Assembly: GCA_021822005.1 (NCBI GenBank)
Contig: JAJZSH010000002.1
Coordinates: 1 to 58,671 of the forward strand
Reading direction: 5' to 3'
DNA from: Deltaproteobacteria bacterium
GTDB lineage: Bacteria > Desulfobacterota > Desulfobulbia > Desulfobulbales > Desulfurivibrionaceae
Length of the DNA stretch: 58,671 nucleotides
In this document: positions 39,638 to 49,115 of the stretch, piece after piece
Layout: each line of letters opens with the position of its first letter
How positions within the stretch are numbered: position 1 is the stretch's first letter
Position numbers and translations under genes: made by a program
Notes under the pieces: generated by a model
What the model was told of the DNA's origin: nothing
Databases searched by the model: none
The model's input: the letters and a program-made list of their open reading frames with translations, nothing else

Positions 39638-39823
39638 ATGAAGAAATTTTGGAAAACAACCATGATGGCTTTGCTTCTGCTCGGTGCGGCATTGACCTTA
39701 ACCGGCTGCGGTCATTATTGGGCTGGCTATGGTCATGGATATTACAACGGTCCAGGTTCTGTAAACGGCCATTTCCATGGGTGTGGACACCCTGGAGATT
39801 ATCCACAAAGTTACAATTATTAA
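39638..39823 (+). CDS. Small Gly/His/Tyr-rich lipoprotein
   Basis: GGGAGG RBS, lipobox LTGC, GHGYY/GHFHGCGH. Confidence 0.7.
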   Translation: MKKFWKTTMMALLLLGAALTLTGCGHYWAGYGHGYYNGPGSVNGHFHGCGHPGDYPQSYNY

Positions 39824-39834
39824 GAGGAAAAATC

Positions 39835-40140
39835 ATGTATTGCGGCATAGGCTGGGCACATGAATGGCATGTTTTCTGGATAATAACGACAGTGATTATT
39901 GTCCTCGCAGTTCTTGCGCTTTTCACAACCCTGAGGCAAGGAGGGAAAAGTGATTTTCCCCTGGGTACAAGTTTAGGCGCAAGTTGTCCGGCTTGCGGTG
40001 GTGCGATAAAAAACAGCTTTTTACGCTGCCCCCACTGCGCGGTTACTTTGAAAAGCCATTGTCCGTCCTGTAGTAAAATTGTGGAAAGTGTTTGGAAGTA
40101 CTGCCCTTTTTGCCGGGCAGATGTGGGTAAAACCCAATAA
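39835..40140 (+). CDS. Membrane-anchored double zinc ribbon protein
   Basis: TM helix then CPAC, CPHC, CPSC, CPFC. Confidence 0.85.
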   Translation: MYCGIGWAHEWHVFWIITTVIIVLAVLALFTTLRQGGKSDFPLGTSLGASCPACGGAIKNSFLRCPHCAVTLKSHCPSCSKIVESVWKYCPFCRADVGKTQ

Positions 40141-40161
40141 ATTGTCAAAAGGAGAACTATC

Positions 40162-40626
40162 ATGAAAAAAGAAAAAATTCTTATCACCACACTGGTAACT
40201 GCTCTTACCTTCGGCGTCATATCCCAAGCCGGGGCTTGGGTGATGGGTCCCATGGGAGGCGGCCCTATGACAGGGACGAACAGACCGGTCTTAACTGCGG
40301 AGCAAGAGAAAAAGGCCCGTGAAATCGAGCTAAAATACCAAAAGCAGCTGGCCGACAAGGAGGGTGCTCTCCGGGGTAAGGTTGCAGAGCTTGAAACCGC
40401 TTTGGCCGATGGGTCAACCACGCTGAATAAAGCCAATACCCTTCGGTCCGAGCTCTACGCCTTGGAGCAAGATTACTGGCGCTTACGCTCGCAAGTGAAC
40501 CAGGAAATCGGCACGGGCTATTCTGGCCCTATGGGATGGGGATGCTCCTGGCATGACAGCCATCCCGGCATGTACAGCGGTTACGCCACCATGATGGGCC
40601 ACGGTGGCGGATGGTGTCGCTGGTAG
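40162..40626 (+). CDS. ZraP/Spy/CpxP-family periplasmic protein
   Basis: Signal peptide, GPMGGGPM, LTAEQ, coiled coil, Met/His/Gly tail. Confidence 0.8.
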   Translation: MKKEKILITTLVTALTFGVISQAGAWVMGPMGGGPMTGTNRPVLTAEQEKKAREIELKYQKQLADKEGALRGKVAELETALADGSTTLNKANTLRSELYALEQDYWRLRSQVNQEIGTGYSGPMGWGCSWHDSHPGMYSGYATMMGHGGGWCRW

Positions 40627-40664
40627 GTAAGGATTGCGCGTACAGGTGGGCTCATGATCAGCGG

Positions 40665-40826
40665 GGCGGTAGCGCGGTTTCCGTCAGCTACGCGGCAGTA
40701 CAGATCTTCTGCAGCCCGCGGAACAAGTCCGTTCTTCTGGTGGAGGCCGGGGAGATGGCCGAGCTGGCGGTCGAGCATCTGGTCCGGCAGATGTTCGGCC
40801 TTGACAAAGAATTTTCGGAACAGTAG
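40665..40826 (+). pseudogene. hemA: hemA remnant with internal deletions
   Basis: GGSAVSVSYAAVQ-IF...AGEMAELAVEHL fused to VRQMFGLDKEFSEQ*; matches hemA 35194-35325 and 35956-36000. Confidence 0.9.
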
Positions 40827-40919
40827 CCACCTCGCCCTGATCTGCCATAAAAAAATAACAGCCTTGTGCGCCTGATTTGTATTGTAAAAGAATCGCTGAA
40901 TTGCTAAATTTACCTCCTT

Positions 40920-41300
40920 ATGAAATCTGAATTCAGACGCATAATCGCCCCCATGCTCCTGTGCGTGGCCATCATCGGCCTGGCGATGTCATTGAGCGAA
41001 GATATTTTGTGCGCCGGGGAACTGCCGGGCGCACATGAGGTAGTATCCTCAGTCCTCACTCAAGAGATGGCGCAGGTCTGTGACAGCAACTGCCCATGTG
41101 CCCCTGCTCCATCGCACTCCCAAGGTGATCATCTTTGTTTCGGCGGCTGTAATGGCCCATGCCATGCTCCGCTGGCCTCAACACCGCCTACCTTCCTTTC
41201 CTTGCCATCTTTCGCCTCTCGTTACCCCGCAGAAATAACCAGGCATATCCCCGAGGTCTGTCTTGCCCTCTTCGTTCCACCCGACGCAGCAATTCTCTAA
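40920..41300 (+). CDS. Exported Cys/His-rich protein upstream of czcCBA (CzcI-like)
   Basis: Signal/TM segment, CDSNCPC, HLCFGGCNGPCH, C-terminal FVPP. Confidence 0.7.
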   Translation: MKSEFRRIIAPMLLCVAIIGLAMSLSEDILCAGELPGAHEVVSSVLTQEMAQVCDSNCPCAPAPSHSQGDHLCFGGCNGPCHAPLASTPPTFLSLPSFASRYPAEITRHIPEVCLALFVPPDAAIL

Positions 41301-41400
41301 GTATTTTTTTCCGTAACATTTTCAACGTAATGTCATAACGACGGACTGTCTGCGTTCGCGCCTTGCCGTCGTCACTATCCATCTGTCTGGAGGTTTTCCC

Positions 41401-42687
41401 GTGACCTGTTCAACACAGGTGCGCGGAGCTGTTCTTGCTCTGTTGCTGCAGGCGCTTATTAGCCTGCCGGCATGGGCTGAGTCCGTTCCCCGCACCATCA
41501 ATGAAATTGTCGCTCTTGCCCTGAAACAAAGCGCCGAGCTGGCCGCCCTGGAAAAAGAAGCGGCGGCAAAACAAGCGCTTGCCATTCAGTCCGGCACCCT
41601 TACCAACCCGACTCTGGAACTCCAGGGCTCCTCCGGCCGTCAGTCCGGCAGCCCCGAGGAGCGTTCCGCCTCAATCGGCATCAATCAGGAGCTTCCGCTG
41701 AACGGCAAATTGCGCCTGCGCCGCGAGGCGGGGCAACGCGAGGCCGAAGCGGCGCAACGGCAGCGGGATAACGCTGCGCGGCTGTTGAAGGAAGAGGTTT
41801 CCACCCTGGCCTTTGACCTGGCCCTGGCCGACAAACGTCGCGAGCTGGCGATTGACCTGGTTGGCCTTAATCGCGATCTGGTGAGCATTGCCGGAGAACG
41901 CTTCAAGGCGGGTGATATCCCAGAACTGGAACTCAATCTCGCCAAGGTGGAACTGGCCCGTGCCGAAAACCGTCTTATTGAGGCAGAGCGGGACGGCATT
42001 CAGCTTCGCCTCAGGATGTCGTTATTGACGGGCCTGAACGAGGTAGCCTTTAACCCAGCGGATGATCTTGCCACCCCGGCGGTGTCACAAGCCATCCAGG
42101 AACTGCTCAAGCAGGCCCTTGCTTCGCGGCCCGATCTCCAGGCCCTGGCGCTCGAACGCCACAAGGCCGAGACGGAAACCCGTCTGGCCGCGGCCGAGGC
42201 GGTTCCCAACCCCACAGTGGGGTTCTTTGCGCAAAGACAGCGGAGTGCAACCGAGTTGGGAGACCTATCATCGACCAGCAGCGATACGCAACTTGGGTTG
42301 CGTTTGTCGATACCGCTTCCGGTTTTTGACCGCAACCAGGGCGGACGGGTAGCATCCCGTTCCCGGCTGGAGGCTGCCGGTTCCCGTAGCCTGGCGCTGG
42401 AGAGAATTGTCACCGCCGAGGTTGAGGCTGCCTTCTCTCGCTTGTCAGCATCGGAGCGCATCCTTGCTCTGTTTAAACAGAGCATCATCCCGCAACTGAC
42501 CGAGAATCTGAAACTGACCCAGGAGGCCTACCGCCTGGGTGAGGTAGGCATTCTTGCGGTTATCGAGGAGCAGAAGAAGTTCTTTGAGGTCAACGACGGC
42601 TATCTCGCGGCCCTGCACGGCAGGCGTGTGGCTTTTGTAAAACTTGAATCGGCAACGGCGATTGATCTGAGCGGAGGTGTCCAGTGA
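41401..42687 (+). CDS. czcC: TolC-family outer membrane efflux protein
   Basis: PNPT, LSIPLPVFDRNQG, AYRLGE. Confidence 0.9.
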   Translation: MTCSTQVRGAVLALLLQALISLPAWAESVPRTINEIVALALKQSAELAALEKEAAAKQALAIQSGTLTNPTLELQGSSGRQSGSPEERSASIGINQELPLNGKLRLRREAGQREAEAAQRQRDNAARLLKEEVSTLAFDLALADKRRELAIDLVGLNRDLVSIAGERFKAGDIPELELNLAKVELARAENRLIEAERDGIQLRLRMSLLTGLNEVAFNPADDLATPAVSQAIQELLKQALASRPDLQALALERHKAETETRLAAAEAVPNPTVGFFAQRQRSATELGDLSSTSSDTQLGLRLSIPLPVFDRNQGGRVASRSRLEAAGSRSLALERIVTAEVEAAFSRLSASERILALFKQSIIPQLTENLKLTQEAYRLGEVGILAVIEEQKKFFEVNDGYLAALHGRRVAFVKLESATAIDLSGGVQ

Positions 42688-43916
42688 ACAAAAAGGGAAT
42701 CATTATCGGAGTTATCCTGGCGGTCATCTTGGCCGGCGGCTTTTACTATCGTTTCACCCACCTTGCAACCGGCACTGGAGAGGAAAAGGCGCAAAGTGAG
42801 ACAGCCGACCCCAAGGAAAAGAGTGGGGATAAGAATGAGATAGGAGCGGACATAAAAAATGACGCGCCCAAAACCGTCAGCATGACGCCGGAGATACAAA
42901 AGCAGCATGGCGTTGTGGTTGCCGCCGCCAAGCAGGAACGACTTGCCGATGCCATCAGTGTCACCGGCAAGGTGGAGGTGAACGGCGACCGGATCGCCCA
43001 CGTTTCGCCGCGCATTCCGGGCAAGATTGTCTCCGTCAATGCCTCGCTGGGGGATACTGTCGCCTCCGGCCAGGTGCTGGCCATGCTGGACAGCGTGGAG
43101 CTGGACGAGGCCATGAACCGTTACCGCCAGTCAAAGGCAAAACTCTCGCTGGCGAAGAACAACCTGGAGCGGGTTAATGCTCTGGTGGAGAAGAAGATTG
43201 CCGCCCGCAAGGACATACACCAGGCCGAGACCGACTATCAGACGACCTCGAGCGAATTGCACGCCGACCAAGAGCGGCTTGCCCTCTACGGCCTTTCTCC
43301 TGCTGGTTTGGACGGTCCCGACCACACAAGACAGCTCCTGCCGGTCCGCTCGCCCATTGGCGGCGTCATCACTGAAAAACATGCCATTGTCGGCGAGCTG
43401 GCCGATCCGGCCAAGAATCTCTATATCGTCGCGGACCTCTCCTCCGTCTGGGTCATGGTGGACATCAACGAGAAAGACCTGGCCAAGGTCCGCAAGGGAC
43501 AGGAGGCCATCGTCAAGGTCGGCGCCTTTCCCGACCTGAACTTTCCGGGGCGGATCAGCCATATTGCCGACATGGTGGATGACGCCACCCGGACGGTCAA
43601 GGCCCGTATCGAGGTGCAAAACACAGGGCGCAAGCTGAAACCGGAGATGTTCGCCAGTGTCGAACTGGCTCTGCCTGCCGATGCGGCGCCGGTCCTGGCT
43701 GTCCCCGTGGATGCCCTGCAGGATTTGGAGGGCAGGAAAGTAGTGTTCGTCACCGGGAATGGCACGGAGTTCGAACCGCGCCCCCTTGAGCTTGGTCGGG
43801 CATCCGGCGGCCAGGTGGAGGTGACGGGCGGGCTTAAGGAAGGCGAACGCTACGCGGTCAAGGGGGGGTTCCTGCTGAAGTCGGAACTCAAAAAAGGCGA
43901 GCTGGGAGAGGAGTGA
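42684..43916 (+). CDS. czcB: RND membrane fusion protein
   Basis: VSPRIPG, VRSPIGG, TRTVKAR, LKPEMF. Confidence 0.92.
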   Translation: MNKKGIIIGVILAVILAGGFYYRFTHLATGTGEEKAQSETADPKEKSGDKNEIGADIKNDAPKTVSMTPEIQKQHGVVVAAAKQERLADAISVTGKVEVNGDRIAHVSPRIPGKIVSVNASLGDTVASGQVLAMLDSVELDEAMNRYRQSKAKLSLAKNNLERVNALVEKKIAARKDIHQAETDYQTTSSELHADQERLALYGLSPAGLDGPDHTRQLLPVRSPIGGVITEKHAIVGELADPAKNLYIVADLSSVWVMVDINEKDLAKVRKGQEAIVKVGAFPDLNFPGRISHIADMVDDATRTVKARIEVQNTGRKLKPEMFASVELALPADAAPVLAVPVDALQDLEGRKVVFVTGNGTEFEPRPLELGRASGGQVEVTGGLKEGERYAVKGGFLLKSELKKGELGEE

Positions 43917-43920
43917 GACC

Positions 43921-46900
43921 ATGATCGAGACAATATTGCGATTTTCCCTTCAGCAGCGGTTATTGGTTCTGCTTGCCACCGTCATCCTGCTCGGCGGCGG
44001 GGTCTGGGCGATGCAGAAGCTGCCGGTGGACGCCTTTCCCGATGTGACCAACGTCCAGGTCCAGATTCTGACCCAGGCCGGCGGCATGGCCCCCACCGAG
44101 GTGGAAAAACTGATTACCTTCCCCATTGAAACGACCATGGGTGGGCTCCCCCGGCTCAGCGAGGTCCGCTCGATCTCCAAGATCGGCCTGTCGGTGATCA
44201 CGATGGTGTTCGAGGATGGGGTGGACACCTATTTTGCCCGCCAGCAGGTCTTCGAGCGGTTGCAACAGGCCCGAGATCGGCTGCCCAAGGGGATCGAGCC
44301 GCAGATGGGGCCGGTCACCACCGGCCTGGGTGAGATCTACCAGTACCTCCTCGAAGGCGAGGGGTACGATGTCCGTGAATTGCGTTCGCTGCAGGACTGG
44401 ATCGTACGACCGCTCCTGCGCACCGTGCCGGGGGTGACCGATGTCAACTCCTTCGGCGGGCAGGTCAAGCAGTTCCAGGTATTGATTGACCCAGGCAAGC
44501 TGAAGAGCCTGGATCTGACCATTTACAATGTGATTGAGGCGGTGGAGAAGAATAATTCCACCCTCGGCGCGGGTTTCATCGAACACCGGGAGGAACAATA
44601 CATGGTGCGGGGCCTCGGTCAGGCCACGGGGATCGACGACCTGAAGCAGATCGTTGTCGCCAGTCATGGCGGCACCCCGATCCATCTTGACGACCTGGCT
44701 GAGGTGGTTATCGGCAATGAACCGCGCCAGGGGGCCACGACCTACGACGGCAAGGGTGAGGCGGTGGCAGGCATCGTACTGATGCTGCAAGGCGCCTCCA
44801 GCAAGGAGGTGGTCGAAGGGGTCAAGAACAAGGTCAAGACCATTCAGAAGGCCCTGCCGGAAGGGGTAAAGCTGGTTCCCTACTACGACCGGACCGACCT
44901 GATCCGGAAGACCATCACCACCGTAATCACCAACCTGATTGAGGGCGGACTGCTGGTGATCGCGGTGTTGTTCTATTTTCTCGGCAACATCCGGGGCGCC
45001 GTCATCGTTGCCCTGACCATCCCGCTTTCCATGCTGTTTTCCTTCCTGGGCATGCACTGGCTGGGGCTTTCGGCCAATTTGATGACTTTGGGGGCCATCG
45101 ACTTCGGCATGATCGTGGACGGCAGCGTGGTGATGGTGGAAAACACGGTGCGACATCTGTCGGAACGGAAGAAGGATGAAAGCGCCCGGCACGTCATCTT
45201 CAGGTCGGCCAAAGAGGTGGCGCGACCGATCCTCTTCGGGGTCTTCATCATCATCATTGTCTACCTCCCCATTGTCACCCTGACCGACATGGAGGGCAAG
45301 ATGTTCTCCCCCATGGCCTTCACCGTCGGTTTCGCCCTCTTGGGTTCGCTCATCCTGACCATGACCCTGGTGCCGACCTTATGCTCGTTCCTGTTGCAAG
45401 GAAAGGTGGTGGAGAAAGATCCAGGTCTGTTGCGCAAGATGCGCGAGGCCTATCTGCCCTTCCTGCGGCAGAGCCTTGGAAATCCGAAAAAGACCCTGCT
45501 CATCACCGGGGCGGCCCTGGCCGGTTCGCTCCTGCTGGTGCCGTTTCTGGGGAGCGAATTTCTCCCCACTCTGGACGAGGGGAGTATCACGGTTCAGTCA
45601 TTCCGCCTGCCCTCGGTGTCGGTGACCGATACGGTGCGCACCTCGGCGGCGGTGGAAAAGGCCTTGCTCTCATTTCCGGAAGTGGAAAAAGTGGTCTCCC
45701 GGGCCGGACGGGCGGAAATTGCCTCCGACCCGATGGGGATCGATATCTCCGACATCTTTGTCAGTCTCAAGCCGCGCAAGGAGTGGAAAACCGCCACCAA
45801 CAAGGCGGAGCTGGTTGACAGGATGCGGGAGCGGCTGGAGAACATCCCCGGCATGTCCTTTTCTTTTACCCAGCCGATTGCCCTGCGGGTGGACGAGCTG
45901 ATCTCCGGAGTCAAGTCCCAGATCGCCGTCAAGCTGTCCGGGGAAGACATGGAGGTGCTCAAGGCAAAGGCAAATGAAATCGCCGAGGCGGTCAAGAAGG
46001 TTCAGGGCGCGGCGGACGTCCAGGTGGAAAAGGTTTCGGGCCTGGCTTACCTGCAGGTGCGGATCAACCGGGAAGCCATCGCCCGCTATGGCATCAATGT
46101 CTCGGATATCCAGGATGTTCTGGAGCTGGCGGCTGGGGGCAAGGCCGTCTCCGAGCTTTTTGAAGGCCAGCGTCGCTTTATGGTTTCCTTACGTTTTCCG
46201 GAAGGATTATCCAACAACCCGGAGAAATTCGGAGAACTGTTGATCTCCGCTCCCAACGGCGCCCGCATCCCGCTGAAACAATTGGCGCATGTTTACACCG
46301 AAGAGGGTCCGGCCCAGATCTCCCGTGAAAACGGCTCCCGCCGGATCGTGGTCGAATGCAACGTCTCGGGACGGGACATGGGCGGCTTTGTGGCGGCAGC
46401 CCAGCAGGCCATCGAGAGCAAGGTCAAACTGCCGCCGGGGTATTACCTGAATTGGGGCGGTCAGTTCGAGAATCAGCAGCGGGCCATGTCCCGTCTGGCG
46501 GTGATCCTCCCCATCTGTCTGGCCCTGATCTTCATCCTGCTCTTCTCGACTTTCGGGAACATGAGGCAGGCCTCCCTGATCATCCTCAATATCCCCTTTG
46601 CCCTGATAGGCGGCATCGTTGCCCTGTTCCTGCGCGGGCTGCCGCTCTCCGTATCCGGGGCCATCGGCTTCATCGCCCTGTTCGGGGTGGCGGTGCTGAA
46701 CGGGATCGTCATGGTTTCCTACTTCAACAAGCTGCGCGAAGAGGGGATGGGGCTTGATGAGGCCATCATGAGCGGGGCGGCCATCCGGCTCAGGCCGGTG
46801 CTGATGACCGCCCTGGTGGCCTCTTTGGGCTTCATTCCCATGGCGCTTTCCCACGGCACCGGCGCCGAGGTGCAGAGGCCGCTGGCTACGGTGGTCATCG

Positions 46901-47010
46901 GCGGACTCATCACCTCGACCCTGCTCACCCTGGTGGTTCTGCCGACCCTCTACCGCTGGTGGGAAAAAAGAGCGGAGTTGAAACTCAATCAAAAGGAGAT
47001 CGCCCGATGA
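43921..47010 (+). CDS. czcA: CzcA/CusA heavy-metal efflux RND transporter
   Basis: DAFPDVTNVQV, GAIDFGMIVDGSVVMVEN, RLRPVLMTALVA. Confidence 0.96.
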   Translation: MIETILRFSLQQRLLVLLATVILLGGGVWAMQKLPVDAFPDVTNVQVQILTQAGGMAPTEVEKLITFPIETTMGGLPRLSEVRSISKIGLSVITMVFEDGVDTYFARQQVFERLQQARDRLPKGIEPQMGPVTTGLGEIYQYLLEGEGYDVRELRSLQDWIVRPLLRTVPGVTDVNSFGGQVKQFQVLIDPGKLKSLDLTIYNVIEAVEKNNSTLGAGFIEHREEQYMVRGLGQATGIDDLKQIVVASHGGTPIHLDDLAEVVIGNEPRQGATTYDGKGEAVAGIVLMLQGASSKEVVEGVKNKVKTIQKALPEGVKLVPYYDRTDLIRKTITTVITNLIEGGLLVIAVLFYFLGNIRGAVIVALTIPLSMLFSFLGMHWLGLSANLMTLGAIDFGMIVDGSVVMVENTVRHLSERKKDESARHVIFRSAKEVARPILFGVFIIIIVYLPIVTLTDMEGKMFSPMAFTVGFALLGSLILTMTLVPTLCSFLLQGKVVEKDPGLLRKMREAYLPFLRQSLGNPKKTLLITGAALAGSLLLVPFLGSEFLPTLDEGSITVQSFRLPSVSVTDTVRTSAAVEKALLSFPEVEKVVSRAGRAEIASDPMGIDISDIFVSLKPRKEWKTATNKAELVDRMRERLENIPGMSFSFTQPIALRVDELISGVKSQIAVKLSGEDMEVLKAKANEIAEAVKKVQGAADVQVEKVSGLAYLQVRINREAIARYGINVSDIQDVLELAAGGKAVSELFEGQRRFMVSLRFPEGLSNNPEKFGELLISAPNGARIPLKQLAHVYTEEGPAQISRENGSRRIVVECNVSGRDMGGFVAAAQQAIESKVKLPPGYYLNWGGQFENQQRAMSRLAVILPICLALIFILLFSTFGNMRQASLIILNIPFALIGGIVALFLRGLPLSVSGAIGFIALFGVAVLNGIVMVSYFNKLREEGMGLDEAIMSGAAIRLRPVLMTALVASLGFIPMALSHGTGAEVQRPLATVVIGGLITSTLLTLVVLPTLYRWWEKRAELKLNQKEIAR

Positions 47011-47348
47011 AACAGATCATTGCCTACATCAGACCGGTTGTGCTGGAAAGAGTAACGGAAGCCCTGCGATGCATTGACGGCTTGACTGGCATGAGCGTTA
47101 TGGAGGTTAAAGGTTTTGGACAGGGGAAGGGGGTTTCCTTCCGAGACCAGGGTGGTACGGAAATCACCTATTTTAGCGAGAAGGCCCGTATTGAACTGAT
47201 GGTTTCCGATGGCAACGTCGAGGAGGTGGTGGACACCATCCGGCAAAAGGCGTGGACCGGTGAAAAGGGGGAAGGGAAAATTTACGTCCTGAATGTTGAA
47301 GAGGCCGTGCGGATACGGACCAACGAGCGCGGCGAGACAGCGGTATAG
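47007..47348 (+). CDS. P-II-like signal protein associated with czcCBA
   Basis: IIAYIRP, VKGFG, TGEKGEGKIYV, RIRT. Confidence 0.88.
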   Translation: MKQIIAYIRPVVLERVTEALRCIDGLTGMSVMEVKGFGQGKGVSFRDQGGTEITYFSEKARIELMVSDGNVEEVVDTIRQKAWTGEKGEGKIYVLNVEEAVRIRTNERGETAV

Positions 47349-47380
47349 CCAAAACAATTGAAAGAAAGGAGATTGAACCC

Positions 47381-47947
47381 ATGAAAAAAATAAGTCATTT
47401 TCTCGTATTAATTTTGAGCCTGGTCCTGGCCGGCTGTGCGGCCGGCAATCAGAGTCTGTTGGGTCAACGTAACGATGTGTTTCAGGTGGTTTCGGACGGG
47501 GTGGCGGTGGGAGCGGATGAGACGTTGGTCACCGTGTCGGCCTCGATAAAGACCCACAAAAACTCGCCGGTTCTTTTTGAGCCAAGCAAGCACGGCAAGG
47601 ATGAATATCTGCTTTATCTCGATATCAACGGGCAATCAATGAGGCTGCCCATGGAGATGCAAAACGAGACGACTGCAACCGATCCGCGTACAGACCCGGA
47701 AAGCGGCGAAGGGGTGAGATATCTCTACAAAACGACAATCCGTTTAAAGCCGGGAACCTGCACCTTTACGGCATACCTGCCCACTGAGGATGTTTCTGTC
47801 CGCCGGGAAGTAGTGATTCCAACTGAAGGCAAGACCATCATCATCAAGCCAACGTACAGAGGGTTGGCAAGGAGGAAACCACCTTCACTCCGCTGGCGGC
47901 CCGATTTCAAGGATGGGGTTAAAGGGCTCGACATCATAGCCGAGTAA
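47381..47947 (+). CDS. Hypothetical lipoprotein
   Basis: AAGGAG RBS, lipobox LAGC. Confidence 0.78.
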   Translation: MKKISHFLVLILSLVLAGCAAGNQSLLGQRNDVFQVVSDGVAVGADETLVTVSASIKTHKNSPVLFEPSKHGKDEYLLYLDINGQSMRLPMEMQNETTATDPRTDPESGEGVRYLYKTTIRLKPGTCTFTAYLPTEDVSVRREVVIPTEGKTIIIKPTYRGLARRKPPSLRWRPDFKDGVKGLDIIAE

Positions 47948-48040
47948 CCATTTGGAGTATAATCTCTCACTAAGAAATGAAAAGACTTTTGATACGTGGC
48001 AAGGGGAAATGATCCCCTTGCATGTGGAGCGGGAAAATGT

Positions 48041-48069
48041 TTGACATGTCGTCTGGCTCTGGGTAATAT
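48041..48069 (+). promoter_or_regulatory. sigma70 promoter of rpmH operon
   Basis: TTGACA-17 bp-TAATAT. Confidence 0.65.
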
Positions 48070-48219
48070 AACGAGCTTTATTGCTGAGCGGATTTTTGCG
48101 CTTTCGCCGGTGTTTCCGTATGAAGGATGGGTGAGGCAAGGCTCCAGCTGCTGCAAGACAGCAAAAATGAGAAGCAGGCCAATAACAGGCCGTAACAGAA
48201 GAGAAAAAGGAAGACGATC

Positions 48220-48357
48220 ATGAGCAAGAGAACTTTTCAGCCCAGCAACCTCAAAAGGCACCGCACCCATGGCTTCAGAGCCAGAATGCAGACAAAGAAC
48301 GGGCGGGCTGTTATCAACCGCCGCCGGGCCAAGGGCCGCAAGCGGCTGACCGTTTAG
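48220..48357 (+). CDS. rpmH: 50S ribosomal protein L34 (absent from ORF track)
   Basis: Hand translation [45 protein letters not shown]. Confidence 0.98.
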   Translation: MSKRTFQPSNLKRHRTHGFRARMQTKNGRAVINRRRAKGRKRLTV

Positions 48358-48391
48358 TTTCCGTCCGGACGAAAAGCACCGCTCGCGCAGC

Positions 48392-48778
48392 ATGAAAATC
48401 CAGGCCCTCCCCAAGGCCATGTTGCTGGTCACGCCTTGGCAGTACAGATTGGTGTATGACCAGGGGAAAAGGGTGCGTGGTCAGAACTTCACTCTGATCC
48501 ATGTGCCGAACAGTATCGCTGGCAACAGGCTGGGCATAAGTATCCACGGAGTACGGCAGGCTGTGCGGCGGAACAGGATCAAAAGGATAATCCGGGAATT
48601 TTTCCGTCATAATCGAGATTTTATCGAGCCTTTTTCCGATGTGGTCTTTGCCGTGCGGCCGGGGTTTGTCCCCAATTCTCCGCAGGAGGTTGCGGCGGCT
48701 GTTGGCGCACTTCTTGCCCGGCGCAAAGATGTCGGCAAGGGAACAGGTTCGGGCGCAGTGGCGTTGACGGTCTCGTGA
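48392..48778 (+). CDS. rnpA: RNase P protein component
   Basis: RLGISI...[12 protein letters not shown] motif; synteny. Confidence 0.93.
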   Translation: MKIQALPKAMLLVTPWQYRLVYDQGKRVRGQNFTLIHVPNSIAGNRLGISIHGVRQAVRRNRIKRIIREFFRHNRDFIEPFSDVVFAVRPGFVPNSPQEVAAAVGALLARRKDVGKGTGSGAVALTVS

Positions 48779-48785
48779 TTTCCTT

Positions 48786-49040
48786 ATGTCCGTCATTTTT
48801 ACGAGACCATCAGGATTGAATGTGAAAAGAATTTTCATTGCCCTGATACGGTGCTACCAGCTGTGTCTCTCCCCACTTTTCGCGCCGAGCTGCCGTTTCT
48901 CTCCCACCTGTTCACAGTATGCCATAGAGGCTCTTGCCCTCCACGGGACTGCCCGTGGTCTGTATCTCGCCACACGTCGCCTTCTCCGCTGCCATCCCTT
49001 TCATCCCGGCGGCTTTGATCCGGTAAATAAATCTTTTTGA
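48786..49040 (+). CDS. yidD: Membrane protein insertion efficiency factor YidD
   Basis: [23 protein letters not shown]. Confidence 0.95.
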   Translation: MSVIFTRPSGLNVKRIFIALIRCYQLCLSPLFAPSCRFSPTCSQYAIEALALHGTARGLYLATRRLLRCHPFHPGGFDPVNKSF

Positions 49041-49115
49041 GGCAACAGCAGATGGCGTTGTCCGGGTGCTTCAGGCCCGCATCCAATTTAATAGAGCCTG
49101 ACAAGGATTGATTTC

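Noticed and set aside
39799-39807. DnaA box TTATCCACA
   Set aside because: Single copy inside a coding region; not an origin
36180-40660. Prophage or ICE explanation for the Zra module
   Set aside because: No integrase, phage or conjugation genes; the flanking repeats are long and diverged, unlike att cores
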